Of a stretch of DNA of 64,000 nt, positions 38,530 through 46,217 are shown one piece after another. Each line of letters opens with the position of its first letter. Position 1 is the first letter of the stretch. The position numbers were made by a program, and so were the translations under genes. The DNA comes from Salinispira sp. (lineage in GTDB: Bacteria > Spirochaetota > Spirochaetia > DSM-27196 > Salinispiraceae): NCBI GenBank assembly GCA_965602015.1, contig OZ271918.1, forward strand, positions 2,688,001-2,752,000. The letters run 5' to 3'. Under the pieces are notes generated by a model, which was not told the origin of the DNA, ran no database searches, and saw nothing but the letters and a program-made list of their open reading frames with translations.

Positions 38530-39398
38530 GCGTTGGCCTCCTCGGATTCTGCTTGCTTTGCTTTCGGCGGCTTGACTTCAAACGTCGCCTGAATGGCCCC
38601 GGTGGGGCATACGGGAACGCATTTTCCGCATATAATGCATTTTTCCGGATCGATGTATGCCAGATTGTTTTCCATGCTAATGGCCTGGACCTTCTCCGGA
38701 CAGGTTTTCACGCATATTCCGCAGCCGATACAGGCATTCGAACAGTGTTTTTTTGCCTGGGCGCCTTTCTCCCTGCTTTGACAATTGACCCAGACCCGCC
38801 GTTCTTTCCGGCCCACAGGACGCAGCTCAAACAGGTCGCGGGGGCAGGCGACGACGCATGCGTTACATGCGGTGCACTTCTCGGGATCGACCTCCGGCAG
38901 TCCGGTTTCTTTATTCATGTGGAGGGCATCGAATTCACAGACCGCCTGGCAGTCACCCTGCCCCAGGCAGCCGAAGGGGCAGCCCGATTCGCCGGAATGC
39001 AGCATTGCCTGTATGCTGCAGCTCGACGGTCCGTCGTACTGTGATTTCGCCGGAGCGGCCTGGCAGCTTCCGCCGCAGCGCAGCACCGCAACTTTCTGAT
39101 CGATTACTCCGGCCTCGAGACCGAAATAGGAGCTAATTTCCTCCATAGTGCTTGGGCCGCCGGGAGGACAGCTGAGATGGGAAATATCGCCTTCTTCCGA
39201 CGCCTTGACCAGGGCTTCGGCCATTCCCGGACAACCGGGAAAGCCGCAGGCTCCGCAGTTAATGCCCGGGAGCAGCGCTTCAACTTCGGCGACCCGGGGA
39301 TCTTCCTGAACATGGAAGCGGCGGGCGACGACGAAAAGCAGGACGGCGAACAGCGCGGCTATTCCGCCCAGACTTATCAGTGAGTACAATATTGTCAT
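38526..39398 (-). CDS. rnfB: Rnf complex subunit B (polyferredoxin)
   Basis: LPGINCGACGFPGC and several 4Fe-4S motifs. Confidence 0.93.
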   Translation of the reverse strand: MTILYSLISLGGIAALFAVLLFVVARRFHVQEDPRVAEVEALLPGINCGACGFPGCPGMAEALVKASEEGDISHLSCPPGGPSTMEEISSYFGLEAGVIDQKVAVLRCGGSCQAAPAKSQYDGPSSCSIQAMLHSGESGCPFGCLGQGDCQAVCEFDALHMNKETGLPEVDPEKCTACNACVVACPRDLFELRPVGRKERRVWVNCQSREKGAQAKKHCSNACIGCGICVKTCPEKVQAISMENNLAYIDPEKCIICGKCVPVCPTGAIQATFEVKPPKAKQAESEEANA

Positions 39399-39432
39399 AC
39401 AACACCCCTCAGGTGGTTTCTGTATCTACTGC

Positions 39433-39915
39433 CTAGTGCAGCTCACAAGCTTCGGTAACAGAATCGTTGAGAAGGGTGGCGGTGAAGCTGATGCGGGCTT
39501 TTAACGCCTTTCGGAAGAGGCTCAACACCGTATAGTACAGGGCGATCGAGCCGAGAGCCATTGCGGCCAGTAACTCTTCCGACATTCCCCGGGATTGAAA
39601 TGACAGGATGATGGTAAAAACTAAAGCCAGCGGCATCACGAAGGAAAGCAGCACCGACAAAATGCCGTCGGCGGTCTTCATTCGCAAATCGACGGCAGAA
39701 CCGACGCCTACGCCGTCCTCGGCGACGGCTTCTACCAGGCGGCCGGTACTGCCGCCCAGGGACTTGCTGCCGCAGCCCCCCTGCAGATGACAACTGCCGC
39801 AGGCTGAGTCTTGATATATACGGACAAATGCCCGGTTACCCTCCACGCTCTCGACAACGCCTCTTTGGCTGACTGTCCGAGCCTGGGAACCGGAGCTGGT
39901 ATAATGTTGAGTCAT
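39433..39915 (-). CDS. rseC: RseC/MucC (SoxR-reducing system) family protein
   Basis: SACGSC....GC motif plus two C-terminal TM helices; upstream of rnfB. Confidence 0.85.
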   Translation of the reverse strand: MTQHYTSSGSQARTVSQRGVVESVEGNRAFVRIYQDSACGSCHLQGGCGSKSLGGSTGRLVEAVAEDGVGVGSAVDLRMKTADGILSVLLSFVMPLALVFTIILSFQSRGMSEELLAAMALGSIALYYTVLSLFRKALKARISFTATLLNDSVTEACELH

Positions 39916-39957
39916 GTAAATCCCCGAAAACTCCCGGTATGATTCTGGTACCGGCGT

Positions 39958-39986
39958 ATTATACACCGGTCTAGGATTCTGAACAA
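39958..39986 (-). promoter_or_regulatory. Putative sigma70 promoter of the rseC-rnf operon
   Basis: TTGTTC-17 bp-TATAAT preceded by an AT-rich tract. Confidence 0.5.
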
Positions 39987-40015
39987 CATTATAAAAACAA
40001 TATATTGAACAGGGC

Positions 40016-42079
40016 TCAATCTCCGGTGCCGCAGCTGAACTCAATTACCGCGCTTTCCATGGGGGGAATAACGATTTCACAACCGTCAAGCTGTCCCGAG
40101 CCGATTATCCAGCGCAGCGGGCAGTCGCAGTTTTGAACCGATGAGAGCGAGGTTCGCAGGGCGCTGTGTTCGAGATTTACCATGATAAGCAGTCCCCGGT
40201 GCCCGTCATCAAGGGCATAGGCCAGGGTCCAGGGGCCTTCAGTGTCGATTATGCGCTTGCGATTGTGGATTTCACCGTGATCGCCCAGATGAAGCAAATT
40301 TTCCCGTTTTCGGAACGCGAGCAGCAGCTTCACATGTTCGAGGATTTCCCTGGACATATCGTCATCCTGCCAGGGGAAAGCGTTTATACTGTCGCCGGAA
40401 TTATAGGAGTTATGGACGTAGGGGCCTATGGTTTCCCGGGCAGAATTCGACAGGTTCGGCTTGGTTCGGCCCCTCTCCTGGCCGGCGTGAAGAAACACAA
40501 CTCCCTGGCTGGTGGCGAGCATGAGGTTCGCCGCCTTGATGCGCTGAATAAGCTCCCGCCGGTCTGCGGGGTTCTCAGGATCGAGCCCGCCATTATAGGC
40601 CAGCGAGTCCCGAAGGGTGAGCCCGTCGTGACACACCAGGTAGTTTACCACCTGACGGGGAGAAAACGTCCGAAAATTATGCTGCGGGTTGCCCAGCAGG
40701 TTGTGGAGAAGGTGGTGTTTGTCCACCTCGAGACCGCTGACAAACCCGGGGCTGGCCTCATTGAGCCCTCCACCTTTCAGGAGGTCCCGAATTTCGTCGG
40801 AAAACATGGCCACGGGGATATTGTCCGATGCCCGATCCTGATCCATTCCAGAGGTACCCTCGGCCCCGTTGTACATCCTCCAGCCCTCGCCGAGCATAAC
40901 GATGTCCGGATTGATTTCCCTGAGCATTGCATCGACTTCCAGAACGGTCCGGTCGTCGATCAGGCCCATCAGATCAAAGCGGAAGCCGTCGACGCAGAAT
41001 TCCTCGAGGAAATAGCGGAGGCTGTCGTGCACCAGCCGTCGGGCCATGGGGCGCTCACTGGCGAAATCATTGCCGCAGCCGGAGTTCGACGTAAAATTGC
41101 CCTCGTGATTTCGCCGGAACCAATAACCCGGGCAGCTCGCTTCGAGGCTGTGTGTCCTGGCCATATGATTGTACACGACGTCGAGAATTATCCCCAGCCC
41201 GCGGCGGTGCGCTTCCTTTATGAGGGTTTTAAGTTCACGAATCCGGGCGTAAGGGTCCTCGGGGTCGGCGGAAAACCAGCCCTCGGGAACGAAATAGCTC
41301 AGAGGATCATAGCCCCAGTTGTAATTACCCCCGGTGGTGTCGCCGTTTCCGTCGTGTTCCCTCTTTCGTTCGTCGGCGGAATACGCCTTCATTACCGGCA
41401 GCAGCTGAATATGGGTTACCCCGAGGGATGCGATGTAGTCGAGCTTCCGGGCCATGCCGAGGTAGGTTCCCCTTATCTCCGGCGGGACCCCGGAGTCGGG
41501 ATGAATGGTGAAGTCCCTGACCATGGCTTCGTAAATGACGATATTGCCGCTACTGTCCCCGGAGGCTTTGCTCTCTGCGCCTTCATCCTGTTCCAGGTTT
41601 ACCCTTCGGTGATTCTCCCACCCTCCCGGGGGATCCAATAGTCTATGGGCCATCGGGCCTTCCGGGGGAGTAAGCACGGCCCAGCCATGGAGCTCACCTT
41701 CCTCCTTTTCGGCCCGTACCCCGGGAAAGGGCAAGAGCGCCCGGGCATAGGGGTCGCAAAAAGGATATTCTTTCCCGCCGCGGACGATGATGTAACGGTA
41801 ACCCAGGCTTTCAGGGCTGCCGGGAATGTCTGCGGTTATACTCCAGCTTCCGTCCGCCGGGTCCGGGACAAGCCGCCCCGCGGGATATACATCCTCCGGG
41901 CTGTTATATGACCTGGCAACCTTCGCCGCCTCGGCAAAAATGAGGCGCACTTCGTCGGCACCCGGAGCCCAGAGGCAGAAGCTGCCCCGGAAGCCTTCTT
42001 CGGGGCTGCCGCTCAGCGAAGCGCCCAGGTGCTTTGTGCTGACAAATTCACTCTGATCAAAGGTAAGGACCTGTTTCAT
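40016..42079 (-). CDS. pulA: GH13 pullulanase-type debranching enzyme, apparently cytoplasmic
   Basis: YNWGYDP, DVVYNH, DGFRFDLMG, GEGW and CHDG motifs; no signal peptide. Confidence 0.85.
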   Translation of the reverse strand: MKQVLTFDQSEFVSTKHLGASLSGSPEEGFRGSFCLWAPGADEVRLIFAEAAKVARSYNSPEDVYPAGRLVPDPADGSWSITADIPGSPESLGYRYIIVRGGKEYPFCDPYARALLPFPGVRAEKEEGELHGWAVLTPPEGPMAHRLLDPPGGWENHRRVNLEQDEGAESKASGDSSGNIVIYEAMVRDFTIHPDSGVPPEIRGTYLGMARKLDYIASLGVTHIQLLPVMKAYSADERKREHDGNGDTTGGNYNWGYDPLSYFVPEGWFSADPEDPYARIRELKTLIKEAHRRGLGIILDVVYNHMARTHSLEASCPGYWFRRNHEGNFTSNSGCGNDFASERPMARRLVHDSLRYFLEEFCVDGFRFDLMGLIDDRTVLEVDAMLREINPDIVMLGEGWRMYNGAEGTSGMDQDRASDNIPVAMFSDEIRDLLKGGGLNEASPGFVSGLEVDKHHLLHNLLGNPQHNFRTFSPRQVVNYLVCHDGLTLRDSLAYNGGLDPENPADRRELIQRIKAANLMLATSQGVVFLHAGQERGRTKPNLSNSARETIGPYVHNSYNSGDSINAFPWQDDDMSREILEHVKLLLAFRKRENLLHLGDHGEIHNRKRIIDTEGPWTLAYALDDGHRGLLIMVNLEHSALRTSLSSVQNCDCPLRWIIGSGQLDGCEIVIPPMESAVIEFSCGTGD

Positions 42080-42417
42080 TAATTTCCTCGGTATTTTCGG
42101 CGCAGGGCCGCATCGGGTCGGTAGTATTTTCGCGTGGATGAGACCGGCCCGGTTCCGCTGAGCCGGTTTATCATTATGGAGATTGCCGAATCGACCTGTT
42201 CGTCCCGGATTTTTACCTGTTCCAGGCGGCCGAGCTGCAGGTTGACCCGGCGGGCCTTGCTCTCAGCAATATAACTGAGAACAAGCGCCCGGTCAGGCGC
42301 AGCCAGATAATACATGGCCAGCGCCAGATCAAGGTCGTCCATGCGCATAAGGGCATTTTGCACCTGAACAAAGGGCTGGCGCTGGATTTCATCTAAAATA
42401 CGCTTGTTTCTGTCCAT
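42079..42417 (-). CDS. Small protein resembling a stand-alone FliG C-terminal domain
   Basis: VQNALMRMDDLDLALAM......RALVLSYIAESKARRV resembles the FliG_C pattern. Confidence 0.5.
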   Translation of the reverse strand: MDRNKRILDEIQRQPFVQVQNALMRMDDLDLALAMYYLAAPDRALVLSYIAESKARRVNLQLGRLEQVKIRDEQVDSAISIMINRLSGTGPVSSTRKYYRPDAALRRKYRGN

Positions 42418-42442
42418 TCTATCGCCGGGGCAGGAACCGGTG

Positions 42443-43684
42443 TTATTCCCGGATCCACCTGAAAATTTCCCCCAGACTCGCCTTTTTTCCCGTCATGAGA
42501 ATGCCGGTTCGAAATATCCTCGCGGCCATAAGACCGACCAGAACGATGGATGCCATCAGTATACCAGCAGAAAGCAGAATCTGGTACCAGGGAATCGCTG
42601 CGGAAGTAGAGCGCATTACCATGACGAGCGGGCTGGTCATGGGAAAGAGGCTGAGTCCCACCGCAAGGTTGCTTTGAGGATTCATGGCAATGGGCACGAA
42701 CATCATCAAGGGTACGATGAGGAATATTATGAGGGGCATGCCCAGCTGACCGACCTGCTGCTCGTCCCGGCTGGCCGCCCCTATAGCTGAGTAGAAGGAT
42801 GCATACAGCAGGAAACCCAGGAGGAAAAATAGCAGCAAGATTCCCAAGCTGCCCAGGCCGACACCCGCAGGGAGCCCGATACCAAAAAGCTGATTAACCG
42901 CGCCGCCCAACAGGAGAACCGCGGATATCCATAAAAGATACTGGAAGATGCCTGCCGCCCCGATTCCCAGTATTTTTCCCAGCATCAGCTCGTCGGCGTT
43001 AACCGAACTCATCATGAGTTCAACGGTCTTGCTGGTTTTTTCGAGCACCACCGACCGGCCGATTATCTGACCGTAGAACAGGATGGTCATGTACAGGAGC
43101 ATGGAAAGGGTAATCACCAGGAAGATGGTATCGTCCGGACTGGCATCGCTGGCGGTCTCCTCCCCGCCCTGGCCCATGGTGCTGACGGACAAGGCCGGCT
43201 GAGCTGTCAGATCGGCGGCGATCTCCCGGGATATACCGTAGCGCTCAAGCTTTTCTTCGTATGCCAGGCTTCCCACCGCCGAACGAACGGCCTGATGGAT
43301 GTGGTACTGGGTGTCGGTGGTGCCCAGATAGGAGATGGCATCGAGATCGGCATTAACCCGGATCACTCCGTCAACTTCATCTTCCGCCAAAAGCCCCCGG
43401 CCTGTTTCCTGGCTCCCCACCGGGATGAGATCGATATACCCCCCCTGGAGATTCAGTTGATCCTGTATGCGATTCGGGAGCTCGGAGCCCGGCGGGCTCA
43501 CCATGGCCAGAACGGTGTTATCGTCGAGGCTGAACGGATCGCTGGCGATGACGCTGGGAAGCACCGAGACTGCCACGATAAACAGCGGACCAAGGACGGT
43601 GCTGAGCCAAAATGCCTTGGTAAATGCGGTGCTGCGGAAATGCTGCGCGGCTATTATGCGGATTTTATTAAGCGTGGTTTTCAT
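42443..43684 (-). CDS. ABC-2 type exporter permease (NatB/YhaP-like)
   Basis: EKTSKTVELMMSS...LMLGKILG motif; N-terminal TM, large loop, then five TMs. Confidence 0.88.
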   Translation of the reverse strand: MKTTLNKIRIIAAQHFRSTAFTKAFWLSTVLGPLFIVAVSVLPSVIASDPFSLDDNTVLAMVSPPGSELPNRIQDQLNLQGGYIDLIPVGSQETGRGLLAEDEVDGVIRVNADLDAISYLGTTDTQYHIHQAVRSAVGSLAYEEKLERYGISREIAADLTAQPALSVSTMGQGGEETASDASPDDTIFLVITLSMLLYMTILFYGQIIGRSVVLEKTSKTVELMMSSVNADELMLGKILGIGAAGIFQYLLWISAVLLLGGAVNQLFGIGLPAGVGLGSLGILLLFFLLGFLLYASFYSAIGAASRDEQQVGQLGMPLIIFLIVPLMMFVPIAMNPQSNLAVGLSLFPMTSPLVMVMRSTSAAIPWYQILLSAGILMASIVLVGLMAARIFRTGILMTGKKASLGEIFRWIRE

Positions 43685-44588
43685 GCTCTTCTCCCTTCTT
43701 CTCCCCGAGGAGGTCTGAGTAAATTGCGTGGAGCGACGGGCTTTTTTGCTCGAAGCGGCGAATATTCAATGTCTTCATAAGTTTGGCGAGAATGGCATTG
43801 CTGTCGGCTCCGGGCTCAAGAGTCAGTTCTCGGGATTTGGGGAAACTGATCACCGATTGTACCCCCGGCAGTTCGCCGGCGGGCGGGAACTCTCCGTCGG
43901 CCTCAACGTAGAGGGTGTTGTTTCCCAATTCCCGTTTTATCGATGAGAGCTCGCCGTTCACCAGCTGATTGCCCTTATTGAGAATACAGATATCGTCGCA
44001 GATTTTTTCAGCGTGATCCATGATGTGGGTGGAAAAGAGGACTGTCCGGCCTTCGCGTTTCATTTCCGACAAGATCTCGAGCATGAGGTTCTGACTTATG
44101 GGGTCCAAACCGCTGAACGGCTCATCCAGGATTATCAGATCGGGCTTGTGGATAAGCGAGATAATAAATTGCAGTTTTTGGGCCATGCCCTTGCTGAGAT
44201 CTTCAATTTTACGGCCGGCATATTCCTCGAGACCAAAGCGACTGAGCCATTCCCGGATGTCCCGGCTTAACTCCTCGCTTTTCCCCCGGCCTTTCAGGCT
44301 GGCGAAATACTCCAGGGCTTCGGCGCATTTCATTTTCGGATACAGCCCCCGCTCTTCGGGTAGATAGCCTATGCGCTCCCGGTCCTCCCGTTGAAGCCGG
44401 CGGCCGAGAAAGCGCACCTCGCCGCTGTCCGGCGCGATGATGTTAAGAATCATCCGAATGGTTGTGGACTTGCCGGCTCCGTTGGGTCCGAGAAGCCCAA
44501 AAATTCGCCCTTTTTCAAGTTTTATGCTGAGCCCGTCGACGGCCCGGACGTCTCCAAATTCCTTGGTGACCTCTAACAAGTCAATCAC
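43668..44588 (-). CDS. ABC exporter ATP-binding protein (YhaQ-like)
   Basis: GPNGAGKST, GYLPEERGLY, LSKGMAQK and LDEPFSGLDP motifs; GTG start at 44588 follows GGAGG. Confidence 0.92.
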   Translation of the reverse strand: MIDLLEVTKEFGDVRAVDGLSIKLEKGRIFGLLGPNGAGKSTTIRMILNIIAPDSGEVRFLGRRLQREDRERIGYLPEERGLYPKMKCAEALEYFASLKGRGKSEELSRDIREWLSRFGLEEYAGRKIEDLSKGMAQKLQFIISLIHKPDLIILDEPFSGLDPISQNLMLEILSEMKREGRTVLFSTHIMDHAEKICDDICILNKGNQLVNGELSSIKRELGNNTLYVEADGEFPPAGELPGVQSVISFPKSRELTLEPGADSNAILAKLMKTLNIRRFEQKSPSLHAIYSDLLGEKKGEEHENHA

Positions 44589-44699
44589 ATGTCCTCCTGC
44601 ACTTCTTTCTTCGTATGCGCTGTTGTACCCGCCGCCGCGGGAAATATTCGAAGGCCCTTGAACGCCCGCAATCCAACACCTATTATTAGGCCAGCATAT

Positions 44700-46217
44700 A
44701 TGGAACAGACGATACTCTGGTACGACCTCGAAACATTCGGCAGAAACCCTTATCACGACCGCATTGCTCAATTCGCCGCGCTGCGCACGGATTACTCCTT
44801 CGCACCAGTGGGCGAACCGTTGGTTCTCTACGCCAAGCCCGCTGACGACTACCTGCCGGACCCCGAAGCCTGCCTGGTCACCGGCATAACGCCCGGAGTC
44901 TGCCGGGAAAAGGGAATTCCCGAGTACCAGTTCGCCCTCCGCATCTTCGAAGAGATGATGGTACCGGGAACCACCGTTGCCGGGTACAACAGCATTCAAT
45001 TCGACGATGAGTTTATCAGGAATCTGTTTTACCGCAACCTGCTTGATCCGTATCTGCGGGAATACAGCCAGGGAAACAGCCGATGGGACCTGATAAACCT
45101 GATGCGGGCCACCCGTGACCTTCGCCCCCAGGGCATCGAATGGCCCGAGGACAAGGACGGGAGGCCCCTGTTCAAACTCGAGCAGCTTACAGAAGCCAAC
45201 GGCATCGGTCATCAAAATGCCCACGATGCCCTGGCAGATGTGTACGCCACCATCGACATGGCCCGTCTTGTTAAGGAAAAACAACCCCGGCTGTTCCACT
45301 GGGCATTCAAAACCCGCTACAAAACCGAACTGCGAAAACTGTTCGACCTGAACAGTCGGCCGGCCCTGGTGCACAGCGCGGCCTATCTCACGCGGGAGGA
45401 AGGCACCACTACGCTGATCTGCCCGCTGGGGGTACCGGGGGAACGGGCGCGCCAGGGACGGGACACCCTGGTCTGCGCCGACCTGCGCTACAATCCCGAA
45501 GAACTGGTCAAGCTATCGGTTGAAGAGATTCGGGACAGGGTTTTCCTGCCGTCGGCCCGGGAGGACAAACGTCATCGCCGCTTCCCCCTCTATCAGATAA
45601 AAATAAACAAGGGCCCCTTCATCGCCCCGTTAAACACCCTGAGCGACAAACGGGCCTCGGCCCTTGGCATCGACGTCGACGCCTGCCTGAGACACCGGGA
45701 AATACTTCTGGCCAACCGGGATTTAAGCGCACGGATCCGCGAAGTCTTTAATGAACCGCCGAAATCAACCCTCCCGAATGATCCGGATTACCAGATTTAC
45801 AGCGGCGGCTTCATAAGCGACAAAGACAGGGAAACCCTGAGCTACGTCAGAAGCGGACTTGAAGACATACTCCTGGCTTCGGATTCCGACAAGCCCTCCC
45901 TGGTTCGCTCATTTCTGGCTGACCGGGAGCGTCTGCCCCTTGAAGACCGGGACAGGATAACCAAGCTCATCAGCCGGGTTCTTGGCCGGAGCTTTAGCCC
46001 CTGGCTGCCCGAGCGCAGCGCCCAGAGCTGGCGTGAATTCTGTCAGAACCGCATCCTGTTTCCCCTGCTGGATGAAGCCATGGATATGCAGAAGGTTCAG
46101 CGGGAAATACAGCGTAAAATCGATGATCCGGCCACCGGAGTGCGGGGCAAGATAGTGCTCAAGGAGCTGCGGGAATATATCGATGAAGTAAAGAGACGTA
46201 CCCTGGAGGTAACATGA
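44700..46217 (+). CDS. sbcB: Exodeoxyribonuclease I
   Basis: WYDLETFG, QFAALRTD, GYNSIQFDDE, FKLEQLTEANGI and HDALADV (DEDDh) motifs. Confidence 0.93.
   Translation: MEQTILWYDLETFGRNPYHDRIAQFAALRTDYSFAPVGEPLVLYAKPADDYLPDPEACLVTGITPGVCREKGIPEYQFALRIFEEMMVPGTTVAGYNSIQFDDEFIRNLFYRNLLDPYLREYSQGNSRWDLINLMRATRDLRPQGIEWPEDKDGRPLFKLEQLTEANGIGHQNAHDALADVYATIDMARLVKEKQPRLFHWAFKTRYKTELRKLFDLNSRPALVHSAAYLTREEGTTTLICPLGVPGERARQGRDTLVCADLRYNPEELVKLSVEEIRDRVFLPSAREDKRHRRFPLYQIKINKGPFIAPLNTLSDKRASALGIDVDACLRHREILLANRDLSARIREVFNEPPKSTLPNDPDYQIYSGGFISDKDRETLSYVRSGLEDILLASDSDKPSLVRSFLADRERLPLEDRDRITKLISRVLGRSFSPWLPERSAQSWREFCQNRILFPLLDEAMDMQKVQREIQRKIDDPATGVRGKIVLKELREYIDEVKRRTLEVT

Noticed and set aside
40005..40019. 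FNR-like TTGA...TCAA site upstream of the rnf operon
   Set aside because: Spacing is one base too long and the inner T/A positions do not match
40166..41641. 491-aa plus-strand ORF, representative of many antisense ORFs in the track
   Set aside because: Lies entirely opposite the well-supported pullulanase gene
44589..45374. Apparent 260-aa N-terminal extension of the ABC ATPase
   Set aside because: It is the antisense of sbcB; a GGAGG-GTG start at 44588 gives a normal-length ATPase
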